NCBI GenBank assembly: GCA_963693365.1
Contig: CAVNZM010000002.1
Coordinates: forward strand, 1,240,001-1,304,000
Length of the DNA: 64,000 bases
Source: Amoebidium appalachense
Lineage: Eukaryota; Protista; Ichthyosporea
Direction of reading: 5' to 3'
Below are positions 35,601-56,647 of the stretch, piece after piece. Position numbers and translations under genes: made by a program. The notes beneath the pieces were generated by a model that was given only the letters and a program-made list of their open reading frames with translations, did no database searches and was not told the DNA's origin. The first letter of the stretch is position 1. Each line of letters begins with the position of its first letter.

Positions 35601-38055
35601 GATGTGCTGGTGAGAACGTTGGGCGACAAACGGTGCCCATTTCCAGCCCATCGGCATAGACAACACCCGCGGATACACCAACCTATCGACACCCGGCAGT
35701 CCCACTGCTGAAGACGAAACCGGCGGAAGCCCTTGGTACCAAGACAGCCAGTCTGGCACCCGAAAACGGTGGTAGAAATTCGAAAAATCGTACTTGGCCA
35801 CCACCACCGCTGCGTCCTTCGGAACAATGATACTACACAAATCTGCCGGACTGGGAAAATTCGGATTGGGCGGGTCTATCATGACTGCATTCATGGGGCG
35901 AGCATCCATGATAAGACGGTCTTCCTTCTCATCTTTCTCCACCGCAAATAAACCATTGATAATCTTTGGGGGCTCCGAAATTTCTGAAAAAGCAACCATA
36001 CCACAAACATACATACGCTTAGCCAATATAGGCCACTCCGCAGGCGACGCAAATGCATGGACAGGACGCCCGGGCAAAGGGTGGGCTCCTTCAGCACCCT
36101 CAGTGGTGCTCTCAGTTGCCAACACGCCCCCAAGCCCGCAAACTCCGTGACCGTTCGGCTGTCCGACCGCGTCACCCGTGCGACAAGTTGACGCCACCAC
36201 CAACACGTTTGGCTTCTCCATCATCTCCTTGAGGTCAGGTGGAAGGACCTCTAGGAGCGGAACTGTTGCCCCAAACCCCTCAGGAGGAAGGGCAATACGC
36301 TCAGCAACTATGGGGGTGAAAGCTTTTGAGTGATTGAAATATGGGAAAGATTCAGACACAGCCGCTAAGGGGACATTGCTGATCCTGCGGCGCATATCCG
36401 CGCAAAAAACGAAAATTCGCTGAATGGATTGTGTCTGTGCCGGTGAGGGTGCATGAGAAAAGTGCGTGGATTTAGGAAAAGGGGTGGGAAAAAAATGTGT
36501 GCTGGTAGGAGGGGAAAATGTTGAAAAGTGTGTGTGATTCTGGGAAGAGGTGTCGTGCATGTTGTGCCAAACATCGTTCCTAGGAGATTCTACCGAGCCA
36601 GGTGGCCCATTATACAACGTGTTGATTGCAGCTATGGTTCTATTAACCAACTTTAACACAGCAAATCTCTTGTTGAACCTCCCACGTCTTCTTGGAGAGG
36701 ACAACCTAACACCATCAAGCAACAGCGGGACTACAAAAAGGGGAAGTGGAAGTAAATCATTAGACACATGGGGAAACAAGCCTGGCTCAGCCGCGCCCGT
36801 GACGCCCTCACCAGGGGTACTAACATGGGGGGCTACGGGCTCACCGGTGCACCACTTCCGAGGGAAAGAACCAAACTCAGCTGGTTCCGTGGCAGCTGTG
36901 TTCGGGAACGAAGGCTGTGGACCGTGGCCTCCCCCTGCCTCAGCTGGGCAGCTGCGGGAGGCGCAGGGGGGTACGAATCTGTGGAAGCTGGGCCTAGGCA
37001 TCCTTGTTGCCATCGAACGGTCCATCCACACACACGCGCGCCACCGTGACACCCCCCGCACCTCCCCACAGGGGGAGGCCGTGTGTTTACACCGAGCTCG
37101 ACTACCTAGTAGAGACCGTGCATTGACTCACAATGTCGTATATAAGAGAGTTCTGCTCGGGAAGAAGAGAGGCTCACTTGCCCATGTCAAGGAAAGCAGA
37201 GCACGTATTTGTAATGCTTGGAGTTCAGAAAGTTCACTGTGACTGTATAGGCAGAGAGACAGACAAAATTTACGTAGTTTTTCACTCTACAAGACTCCTC
37301 AGCGCTAGCGAGCTAAACAACATACTGAAGGGAAAAGACAAATGTAAAAGTCGTATTAATATCTAGAGCGAAAAAAGGAACCTTGAAAATGAGGAGAACG
37401 AGCTGGTTAACGTTGAGTTGCCAGAATTCGTGTGACAATTGCAGAAGTCAACAGAAAAAAGGACAGCTAGCTAAGGCAACTAGTTTGTGCGCTTTTACAG
37501 TAGCACCACCAAACTTAGTTCAACCAACTAACTCTACAAATCCCTTTTACCTCTGATGCCAGACACTCACACAAACGCTAAAACGAAAACCAAAGAGAAA
37601 GCAAGAGCAAACCGTAAGGCACCAACTAATCAGACTGAGGTCTCAGCTTCTGCCCCTTTACACAAGGTGCCACCAAACCAAGAAAACACCCAAACAGCCT
37701 AATTATTACCTTATCACGTTGCTCCCTCCCCTTTTTTCTTTTCACCTACACACTAGCTCTAAAAACAAGAACTGAACGAACGACGCCCACAGCCAGCTCT
37801 ACAAAGCTGGTGCGCGGCTCACTCACATTTTTAGAACAGTGGAAAAGCCACCAATCATATCACCTATCTACTGATAACTACGGATCACTTCATAACTATA
37901 CCTGATCTATATCCAATCACTAAAGATACATACGACTGAGCTTAACATTCTACCCGTTAGGGCCAATCAGCTTGCACCGCTATGTAGCCGTTACCGCCGA
38001 CTGACCGAACACGTGTCATCTCTCACCGCTGCCTCCTCCCGCTCGAGAACAACAT
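32678..38055 (-). mobile_element. Tyrosine-recombinase retrotransposon (DIRS order) with 462-bp terminal direct repeats
   Basis: Repeats at 32678-33139 and 37594-38055 (one C/T difference noticed) flank one long ORF. Confidence 0.93.
33522..37061 (-). CDS. RT - RNase H - tyrosine recombinase polyprotein, 1179 aa, uninterrupted
   Basis: RT: FAVEK, RLIMDAR, YDFSNFYH, MPMGW, YVDDW. RH: SDAS, ITILE, IDN, WVPSAHNPADMPSR. YR: TRPGE, SKT, YSTRHGAA, GRW, HY. Confidence 0.93.
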   Translation of the reverse strand: MRGVSRWRACVWMDRSMATRMPRPSFHRFVPPCASRSCPAEAGGGHGPQPSFPNTAATEPAEFGSFPRKWCTGEPVAPHVSTPGEGVTGAAEPGLFPHVSNDLLPLPLFVVPLLLDGVRLSSPRRRGRFNKRFAVLKLVNRTIAAINTLYNGPPGSVESPRNDVWHNMHDTSSQNHTHFSTFSPPTSTHFFPTPFPKSTHFSHAPSPAQTQSIQRIFVFCADMRRRISNVPLAAVSESFPYFNHSKAFTPIVAERIALPPEGFGATVPLLEVLPPDLKEMMEKPNVLVVASTCRTGDAVGQPNGHGVCGLGGVLATESTTEGAEGAHPLPGRPVHAFASPAEWPILAKRMYVCGMVAFSEISEPPKIINGLFAVEKDEKEDRLIMDARPMNAVMIDPPNPNFPSPADLCSIIVPKDAAVVVAKYDFSNFYHRFRVPDWLSWYQGLPPVSSSAVGLPGVDRLVYPRVLSMPMGWKWAPFVAQRSHQHITHPPLRIERCIQSNSSPAHSITDQSDTAHLIYVDDWVGVGLEESTVNSEMTAAGRAGETHGFEIKPSKTVTASRDHPETVALGLAIGRDGVIRPDASRLARLLADTKAVLFMREVAPRALSRLLGGWAWLLLLNRALFSVLEASYQFALSAGQCPLTACPIPSAVKGELALLVDLAPLIVCDLTAAPASLLLASDASTKGAGVSIASVTAEQSLTALAQSVSRPGYSFLGPVPVDDTGELVINALSADECNDSTNHPTTDDSFLKVVDGLQWHHPISTPWRHEDHITILEGHALLLSLRRFTRAPQNHSTRVAHLIDNTSLLFAVAKGRSSSRRLNHLCRRVAALVCAAALRPAWVWVPSAHNPADMPSRDVVPSAKITHMLNLNVTAPTVAKYDNALNKFVAWCVEDGVSTFQSVEQVDNMLASYAADMYEELGETRSGLAHCKTVLSAIHHFYPQCKDSLVLSARVLRGWDHANPTNHHRPLPYDYMILAVSALWEYKMPHVALYLCMSFATYTRPGELSRRTVADFIPPNDPRLIEINAPAGSAVLLLPRSKTGNHQMVVIRDPVCLHLLQKLMAVGAFPHGSRPSDPLFHPGYTPSLVATRMQQSLTAVGLDSDFSLYSTRHGAASTAALRGEDYEQIRINGRWRNFTTPFNHYIDTNKAMLLAISMPAHLSAQAKSLARRPHMITHD

Positions 38056-38458
38056 AGACCTCATTACAGTCTACCAATCAGAATAGCTTACTTAATTCGT
38101 GATCGGGGATCATCGGGAGCCGGATTCGCACTTTTTTTTGCTGTGAGAAGCTCATGTATTCATGTATATGTCATGTACTTTATTTTAAGTAGGGCCACAT
38201 GCCTATTGGCTGTCGCCTTACAAAAGTATGCGAGCAGTGCTCTCCGGACCGGCGGAAACCAAGGGACTATAAAAGGCTGGTACATTCCAGACTTGGGTCA
38301 CTTGGGCGGGGCTGTGTGTCCGAGTAAACGTTACACTAGTCGTGCGGTGTCAGACTAGCTGTAGCACCCGCTTTCTTGTCTCTATACTTACGTGCCTCTC
38401 CTAGCCTGCATATGTTAACTAGGGCATAGTATTAGTGTATACACACCCTGGTTTTCAC

Positions 38459-38474
38459 TGGCGACCGCAGGCAG
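38459..38474 (+). other. Primer binding site of Gypsy-2 (tRNA-Arg-like, tentative)
   Basis: TGGCGACCGCAGGCAG one nt after the LTR end. Confidence 0.7.
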
Positions 38475-38853
38475 TCGAAGGTCTAGAGCGTTGGCATTAG
38501 CGTTTTTAGACTTTCGGGTGATCACAATCAAGCGATTTTGCACATTCTTTACGGTAAACAGTCCGGAAATTTCTCCTAGTTACAACTTTGTGATTGGTTG
38601 GGATTCGCGCTGTGTTCCTGTGATTGGATACCTAAAATTTGTTGGCCACATTTGGGTGTTTGCGCCATCAACTTGGTATCCGGCGTGCTACTGCGAAGTT
38701 CCGACTTTCACCGTGAACGTGGGTGGCTGCCAGCGTAGCTGGAGCTGCTTGCACTGTGCTTTGCAAGTGCAACCGGTGGTACTGTGTGACAGTGACCACT
38801 GGGAGGGTAGGCTGCTGTGTTGGGGCCGTGGGCACGACCAGTAGGGAACCCTT

Positions 38854-41800
38854 TTGACACGTTGGTGTGAGCCACTGTGGTGGCAAGAACGTGCAGCTGA
38901 GATGGCTGGCACTGGGGCTGAGAGAGGCGGGCGCCGTTCCCGCAGTCGCAGCCGTGAGCCTGGCCGGCGTTCGGCCACGCCTGAGGGCGGTCGGGAGAGT
39001 TCCCCTTATGATTCTGGTGTGTGTGCTGATGATTCCCGTGTGTGTATGGCTCCGCCCATGTCTGGGCTGGGTGACGATACAGAGACACGTGGCATACACA
39101 CACCTGGCCGTCGTGTTATGCCTGCTACTCAGTTGCGTGGGTGCAGGACTCTTCGGGGCACTAGGCCTATTAATGTTGCTGCTTTCCATGTTGAGCCTGA
39201 GTCTGATGATTCTGAGTGGGAGCAGAATGGGTCTAGTGAGAGCTCGGGGTCTGAGAGTGACGAGGGTGGTGACTCAGATTACGAACCCCAGTCACCTGTG
39301 CGCTCTCCTGGTGTGTGTGATCGTGTGGGGGATGGGGATGACGTTAGTGAGAGTGATGGTTCTGAGTCTGAGCCTGATCTGACTGTACCCCCACCTGCAC
39401 GTGACCCTAGCACACAGGAACGTTCTTTACTTGATCATGCCGCTGAGGTTATGGGGGTAGATGCTAGCAGCACGGAAGAAGTGTTGCGCCGGCAGACTGA
39501 AGCATTGCGTGCATTCGAAGCCCTGAGAGAAGCTGGGTGGGTTCCTGCTAAAAAGAGGGGTGCACGTGGTGTTGGCAGTCAGGCTGGTGGGAATAAACAG
39601 GCAGTTGGCAGTCAGGGTGAGACCCAGGAGGGTGATGTTTACTTACGGAATAACTATTATGGGGTTTTGGCAGATGACCAGCGGGGATACAACTACAACC
39701 CGCCCACCCCTGGCCGTGAGTACCGTTCACCATCACCTGACCGCGATGCCGACCGTTCCCGCTCCCCTCCCTCGCGGCACCGTTCTCCGTCTCATCGTAG
39801 CCGGTCCCCTGATCGTGTGCGTGAGCGCGAGCGCGGTGGTGAGCGCAGCAAGGAGCGTGGGTGTGTGCACGAGCGCACTCGCTCGCGCAGCCGCTCTCCC
39901 CAGCGCAACCGCACTCCAGAACAGGAGTCTTCTCGCGCACGCACCCGCGACCATTCGCCACGGGGTCGGGACTGTACAACACCATCTAACTGTGGGTGTA
40001 ACCACCGGGGTTGTGGGCCGGTGCAGCAGTGGCCTTTTGGTTTCCCGGCCATGCCTGCAGGGGGGCCCAACACTAACATGAGTGGGCCCATGATGACCCC
40101 CTTCCCCATGTTAATGTTTGGTTATCCGCAGCCCAACGTTGGGGCAGCAGGTACCAACACTCAGCCCACAGATAACAAGGTGGAGAAGGAGAGAAAGACC
40201 CGTTCATCTAGCAAGCGTAAGTCTTCTGGCCGGCGTGCACGTACGCCTGTGTCTGAGGAGGACTGCAGCGAGGATGACGGGGCGAGCCAGAGCAGCTCGG
40301 AGAGTGAAGATGACAACCACCCGCCAAAGAAGGTGAAGTCTGCACGTGATTTGCTCCTTGCTTTGATGCCGGAGCATGATATGGCATGGCGTAAACCGTT
40401 GGTTGTGCACCCCTCTCGCCACTATGCGCCTCTGATCACTGCAGATAAGGTGCCCCAGTTTAAGGGTGATATGAGTGATACGCGCACGGTGGTTGAGTGG
40501 CTCTCTGAGCTTGCAAGCTTGTTTTTCAGGGTGGCTGGTGTGCCTGTGCATGATGCTGTGCCTTTAGTTGTCTCGTGCTTTCCTCCTGCAAGCCCCGCAC
40601 GCAATTGGTTTTCCAAATTTTGCCGCACGCACCCTAATGCCACGTTCGAAGCTTTTGCGCAAGAAGTGGTTAAGGAGTTCCATGGTGAGCACGTTTTGGA
40701 AAAATGGCAGGGCAAGCTGGACGAGTTGAAGCAGGGAAACATGGAGGTTTCGGAATTCTATACACAGCACGCTAGCTTGTGGGCGCGAGTGTATCCACAT
40801 GGCACGGATGAAGTGCGTTTGATTGATTTTTCGCACAAGTTGAACGCTGCCGCATTTAGTGATTACCAAAAATGGGCGGTGAAGCAGAGGCGTGCGAAAA
40901 AGTGCCTAACCATCCAGGATGCACTCGTTCACTTATCGGAAAAAGAGCGCGACCGCAAAAGCACACAGAAACACACAAAGGGTACAGCCGGTGTGTTTAA
41001 TGTGCAGCAGTCGACTATGGTGGCTGTGCAGGAGCAGGCAGCAGCATTGGGCTTGGATGTGCCGTCGTTTATTGCTCTGGTGGGGTCCGGTTTGACTAAA
41101 AATCCGTGGAAAACTCCCCCACAGAAGCCCAGATACGGTGCATCGGGCAGCAGTGTCGTTTGCTACGGCTGCGGGAAGCCGGGACATCGCAAAGGTGATG
41201 CGGAATGCCCGGCTGCTAATCGCCGCTGCAACGTTTGCAAGAAAGTAGGCCACTATTCCGATTCCCGGTTGTCCAAGGGAGAGCCCAAGGGTAACGGCAA
41301 GCATCAGCAGGGCCGTGACCCAGACAAGAAGAAGCATGTGTATATCGATGACCTTCTTCTGTTCACCCCGGATTTGGAAAGTCACTTAACCCTCTTAGAA
41401 GAAGTTTTCAGGCGGCTGTCCGCGGCTGGTCTAAAGCTAAAGGGGTCCAAGTGCCACTTTTTCCGGACAGAGGTGGCGTATTTAGGCCATCGTGTGGGCA
41501 GAGATGGTATTAAGGTTGATGACGGGAAAACCGCTGTGATACGCGATAAGCAGGCGCCCACTTCTGTGTCCGAATTAAGGAGTGATTTGGGTCTGTTTTC
41601 GTATTACAGAAGGTTTGTTCCGAATATGAGTGACCTGGCCGAGCCGCTAACGCGCATGTTGGGTGATAGCCCACAGGATAAGCAGTTGCGCAAAAAGATT
41701 CACGGGAATGAGCCCCCCACATCTAGTGCGCGACGGAAGCGGAATGGCACGGCCAAGGAGAAGGCTAGGCAAGCCCGTACTGCTGCAGCAGATGAAAGCA

Positions 41801-44379
41801 CAGAGGTTATTGGGCAAGCCGAATCAGAGGTTGTGGTGAGCGCACCGGGCGAGAATATTCATGCGAATATTCCAGCGAATAATTCGCGCACACGTGCGAA
41901 TACGCGCAAAAATGCCTATTTTGTGTGGGGTGAGGAGCAGCAACGTGCATTTGATGCCCTAAAGCATGCTCTCACACATGCCCCCGTGTTGGCTCATCCA
42001 AACTTCGACAAGCCTTTCATTGTGGACTCCGATGCTAGCAATGTGGCGCTTGGTGCGGTGCTGTCGCAGGTGGGAGATGACGGGCAGGAGCACCCCGTTG
42101 CTTATGCCTCCCGCACGCTCAGTAAGAGCGAGCGCAATTATTCCGCCACCAAGAGAGAGGGTTTGGGCATCTATTGGGCTGTGTGCAAAGCCTTTCATCA
42201 GTATACCTACGGGAAGCCATTTATTTTGCGCACAGACCATTCTTCGCTGACTTCCATATATGGTAATGGGGATGCCCCCGAGCCCATTGTTGCTGGCTGG
42301 CAGATGGCCCTGTCTGCATACACCTATGACATCCACCATCGTGCTGGGAAGGACCACAGCAATGCAGACGGCATTTCACGGCCTTCCAGCGCGAATTTGG
42401 TGCCCAGCGAAGATGATCCGGATCTGACTTTTCCTTCGCTGATTGGGTGTGTGCACGGAGATGACCACAGTGATTTTGTGCCAGACACCGTTGTGTTTCC
42501 TGCGCTCGTGGTGACGCGTGGGCGGGCACGTGCGGACGGTGGTGCTGATGCACCCACCCACAAACCCGCGTCAGCGGCGCGCACGCAGAAGCGCAAGCGC
42601 ACGTCAGGGGTTAAGGGTGGACCGGGGGAGGGTGCGCATGCCACTGCAAACCCCACCCCCACCCCCCCTCTGGCTGAGCATATCTCTGATGCTGCACGTG
42701 ATCATACCCATGGGTTGAAGGTGAATACTTCCCGCGAGTTACGCGCGCTTACTATCCCACAGTTGCCGGGTATGCCTACTGTGGAGGAAATTAAGGCGGC
42801 GCAAAATGCAGATCCGTTTTTGTGCAGTATTCGTGATTACCTCAGCAACCCCACCGCGCCGGCACAGGTGGATGGAAGTGTTGCTTTAGAGGCAAGCAGA
42901 TGCACGGTTTATAAGGGGGTGGTGTATGTGTGGACACCGGAGCAGCGTGCGACTCGTCGCCCTACGCTGCTGCCACAGGTCTGGGTCCCCGAGTCTTTAA
43001 GGGCACAGATTCTTGCGGCTTGCCACGATGCCCCCACAGCCGGGCATCTTGATGCCCAGCGCACGTTTCATCGCATTTGGTCTTCGTTTTGGTGGCCGGG
43101 GATGTGGCATCAGGTCGTGCGGTATGTGAATTCGTGCGATAGGTGCCAGCGGCGCAAAACGCCACGCTTGCAGGGCCGCTTGCCCGTGCAGCGCGGTTTC
43201 GCACCGCAGTACCCCTTTCAGTATGTGGCCATGGATGTGACCGTCTTGCCACCAGCGAAGAGCGGGAAGTAGTATATCCTTGTGTTCATAGACATGTTCA
43301 CACGGTGGGCTGAGTTGGTGCTGTTCGATCATCCACCCACCGCAGAGGATATCGCTAATGCTTTCCACGACTATGTTTTCGCGCGACACGGACCACCCGA
43401 GTTTGTGCTGTCGGATAATGGGTCGAATATTTCTGCGCAGCTGGTTAAGGATGTGTTAACCCTCCTAACTAGTCGCCAGATCCTCGCGTCACCCTACTCC
43501 CCCCAGACAAATGGGCTGGTTGAACGGTTCAATCGCACCCTTAAGAGTATTCTTGCGCAAGTGGCTACAGATAAGTTAACGGAGTGGGACACGTTTTTGC
43601 CCCAGGTGCTGTTTGCCTACCACACGGCTATGCACTCCGCACTGGGCGACAGTCCTTTCTTCCTTTTGTATGGCCGGGACCCCCGTGACCCCTTTGTGGA
43701 GAAACTGGGCCCCGAGTACAGCGGCGCCACTAAGGAGCATCGGTATGCACTCTGGGAGCGATTGACCTATGCGCGCGATGTGGTTCGTGCACGTATGGTT
43801 ACCGAGCAAGATCGGCACCGCAAATCAGCCAATCAGAAGGCGCGGCCTGTTCCCAATTTGGCAGATTTGGTGCTCAAGCTCGACAACACCCTTAACAACA
43901 AGAAGGTGGTTGATGGTGATGGTAACCAGCTGCATGAGGCTGCTAGCCTACGGGACAAGTGGGTGGGGCCCTACCGGGTTTTGCGCAAAGTCGCGCCACT
44001 TACCTACGATATTCAGCGGGTGGGGACACAGGATGTGGAGCGTTCGCACGCTCGTTTCCTTAAACCCTATGTACCCCGCACGGATGGACCTCCTACCCCA
44101 CTACCTGAGTCCCGTGTGGCAGGTGACGCTGTGACCGCGGAAGTGGCCAAGATTATTGACCATAAATGGGAAAATGGTCGCGCCCTCTACAAAGTTCGCT
44201 GGAAGGGGTTTAAGGCCACCGATGATTCGTGGGAGTCACATGCAAACTTGTCTGAGTCGGCCTCGGGTGCCTTAGCTGATTATTTGCAGCAAGTGATTCG
44301 GCCCCCCAGTGAGGAGCCAATCAAATATCAGCGCAAGGACACCCAACAGCATGTGCGCAAACGCAGACGTAAAGGTTGA
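38854..44379 (+). pseudogene. Gypsy-2 gag-pol with protease and N-terminal RT deleted, in-frame TAG at 43270-43272 in integrase, C-terminal chromodomain
   Basis: CYGCGKPGH knuckle joined almost directly to VYIDDLL; RH DSDAS, TDH, ADGISR; IN GHL...CDRC, MDV, SDNG, NGLVERFN; chromo IIDHK...YKVRWKGF...DSWE. Confidence 0.93.
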
Positions 44380-46605
44380 TCCCCCTTAAGGGCAGGGCAT
44401 GTGGGCACTCGGTGCAGTTGCCCTTCGTTGCCCCTAGGGAGGGGGGGGTGTAGACATGGTTGTGTACATTCACGTGCACACCGTGCTGTTCCCCCACAAC
44501 CAGTCTACGTGCCTTTGTGTCTTCTCGCCAGAGGCTGGAATAGAGCCTCGGAAGCAGCTACCAATCGGCTGCATCACTTTTAGCTGTATTCCTTATTAGG
44601 GCAGTTGCTCTGCACCTTAAGTATGCAGTTAGGAGCGATGCAAAGAACGTGAACACTTTGCCAGCATGTATCTTAGGTGTACGGCACACACTGTGTGCCG
44701 TAGACACTTTATTGGGCACTAGACATACACATGTAGCACTGTAGTATAACTTGAAGCTAGATTATGATCACCCAGGAGAAGCTCATGTACTCATGTATAT
44801 GTCATGTACTTTATTTTAAGTAGGGCCACATGCCTATTGGCTGTCGCCTTACAAAAGTATGCGAGCAGTGCTCTCCGGACCGGCGGAAACCAAGGGACTA
44901 TAAAAGGCTGGTACATTCCAGACTTGGGTCACTTGGGCGGGGCTGTGTGTCCGAGTAAACGTTACACTAGTCGTGCGGTGTCAGACTAGCTGTAGCACCC
45001 GCTTTCTTGTCTCTATACTTACGTGCCTCTCCTAGCCTGCATATGTTAACTAGGGCATAGTATTAGTGTATACACACCCTGGTTTTCAGCACACATGCAC
45101 ACACCTGAATGACCGCCTGCATCTCCGGGACCCTGTTTGGGCGCATGACCAGACCAGCGAGAGCCCCATGTTTGCGCCGGCACTGCTTTGTACCTTACTC
45201 TTGTAGCTTTTACGTGCAGAGTCCATTTGACCTGGCGGGAAAACTCTGAGCGGGGCTAAAAGCACACAGAGCCCAAGCGGAACGTAAAACGTAAAAATCG
45301 ATATTTGCACCCCTCTGGGCGCGGCCGGAAATTCATTAGTCGCATTTAGTCGCGCGCGGTAGAGTGGGCGTGTTTACGTCATAAGAATATTCGCAAAGAC
45401 TGTGATTGGCTAAAGTTAATGAGAATATTCGCAAAGCTGTTAACGACGGTGTTCTAGAAGCCTCTGATCGGGTTTGCGCAATCCACCTGGTTTGCGCAAT
45501 CACAACCTTCCAACACACTGATCAGTGCACGACGTTTACAAACACAACACAACACATGTTCAACATTGGTCAAGGTATGAATCTGGTGAGGTAATTACTA
45601 CAATGGCTATCCATCGCCTGAATAACCATAATGCTGTTGCAGCTGAACACCATAACTTCCATGCAACGTTTTACATGGATGCTTCGCAATTAATTGTGAT
45701 GCATGTGGGCATGCCCACAGGACCAAATTTACATCACTATCTACAATGGTATTATGCAGTAAACTGCTTGATATTGACATACGCCCACAGTGCAACACGA
45801 AGGCGTTATCAACATATATTTATTCGTATAAATCAGTAGCAGCTTGACACTATTCGACCTACTTCATATATACTACATATGTGCAAAACAATTCTCCTAC
45901 TTTGGAGACACATTCGGTTGGGCAGGTCAACTGCATAAGCGCTACCTTCAATATCAAACAGACCTTCACACAATTTAGGTGCTAACAAATACAGGTGCAA
46001 GCGGCAATAAGTAAAGGAGAGTGCCACACATGACACGTGTTGCATTTTGTGTGGTATTGGTGAGCTAGTGTGTGTGTGTTTTTGTGTGTGTGTGTGCATA
46101 TGTGTGCATGTGTGCATGTGTGTGTGCGTGTGTGTGTGTGTGGTGTTTGTGTGTGTGTGTGTGTGCGCGCGCGCGTGCGCGCCGCGTGTGTGTGTGCGTG
46201 TATGTGTGCGTGCGTGTCCGTGCGTGTAACCATAAAAAAAACTAACCAACCAACGAAAAATAGGGGAAAAAATACCCCTAGTATCCACAACACATCGTTG
46301 AATGTATGTTCTCGTATGCCCGTGGTGGGTCACTGTGGACATGTGTTACGATCTCCACACAGGGGATACGAGACGATTTGCAAATCCAACACACGGCTTC
46401 CAGGTGTGTGTGTGTGTTTCGGTATGTGTGAACGCCAGTGTGCGTGCGTGTGCATCTCTTCGTGTGCCCGTGTATACGCTTGCGTGTGTTTGTGTGTGTG
46501 TCTTGCATGTGTGTGTACGCAAGGGAGCTTTCATTCAAAACCAATATCCATCAATCCCTTCTCAACAACAATAAAAGCACCTCTATCCTTCGTAATAAAA
46601 CCACT

Positions 46606-55557
<8,952 letters not shown>

Positions 55558-56556
55558 GTTGCATGGCAGAATGTCGGTGCAACTGCACCCAAAAAACAGG
55601 ACTAGGCTAATGCATGCTGGTGTGTGTGTGCTGTGTTGGAAGTAAGCGTGACTTGTGTGCTATTTGGTGTGTTGGCGAGGTATGTGAAGTAATAGGTTGC
55701 AGTTTATGGCCTTGCACACCTATATGTAGGCAACGTAAGTCTATATAACTAAAAAAATCTCGGTGAGTCAGACTCTGCAAGCTTGTTTGCTAAGGTGAGT
55801 TACGTAACTACATAGAAAATGATTGGTGCAAGCATCACCAATGGATCCTCAGAAGACAGTTGATTGGATAAAAAGGCACCAGGTTGCTCAGCAGAAATGA
55901 ATCAAAACCCAAGCAACGGACAGGGCCTCAGGTGCAAACAAACAAGTTCAGCTGGCAGCTTGAAAATTATGTACAAGTCGTGTTCTTACTAACTAGCAAG
56001 GCCTCTTCCGTTGAACATACGCCCAACGCTGCCTGGCCATCAACCTTTTGGGACCCGAAAAGGGAATTCGGAGAAACTACACGGTACTGTTGCCCGACAC
56101 AGGCAGCCTGGAAAACAGCGAACCGGACCTTCTCTGCAGTTTCTAAGGGCCTAGCATGACCCAGGATCCTGCTGCCAACCGGCTCAGTGGAGATTTTATT
56201 TGTTATCCTGTGGCCAAGCGTGCCAGGCTGAGTGTATACTTACTACGTATACGAGACGTATATATGATCACGGTGAAGGGGATTGTGTGGTCTGCTTGCC
56301 ACTGCAAACTTTATAAAAGCTAGCTCTAATATGCTTACTAATCTACACGTTACAGCTTCATTAGCAGTGACTCAGCTCTCTGGAGTGTCCAAACGGGTCA
56401 CTCACATATTCTTGGTCGCACAGGCTCGATAGGAGCGGCTACGCAAACACACACACACACACGCTCTCACCCATGTACACGGGCACGCAGACATACGCAC
56501 GCACACATACACACGCACACATATACACACACGCATTCACGCACGCCGTACACACA

Positions 56557-56613
<57 letters not shown>

Positions 56614-56615
56614 TG

Positions 56616-56647
<32 letters not shown>

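Larger units (their letters stand above)
30223..38145. mobile_element. Non-autonomous CACTA/CMC-like DNA element inside the Gypsy-2 5' LTR
   Basis: Imperfect TIR CACAGCGAAAAAAGATGCGAATC / CACAGCAAAAAAAAGTGCGAATC; 3-bp TSD AGA confirmed against the empty 3' LTR (CCCAGGAGAAGCTC); CCCGAT subterminal repeats. Confidence 0.92.
29902..45088 (+). mobile_element. Ty3/Gypsy chromovirus-type LTR retrotransposon (Gypsy-2), defective
   Basis: LTRs TGTAG...TTTCA: 5' split into 29902-30222 and 38146-38457, 3' at 44449-45088; 4-bp TSD GCAC; PBS and PPT present. Confidence 0.96.

Noticed and set aside
43270-43272. Stop-codon readthrough
   Set aside because: Lies inside the integrase core of an already defective copy; a nonsense mutation is simpler.
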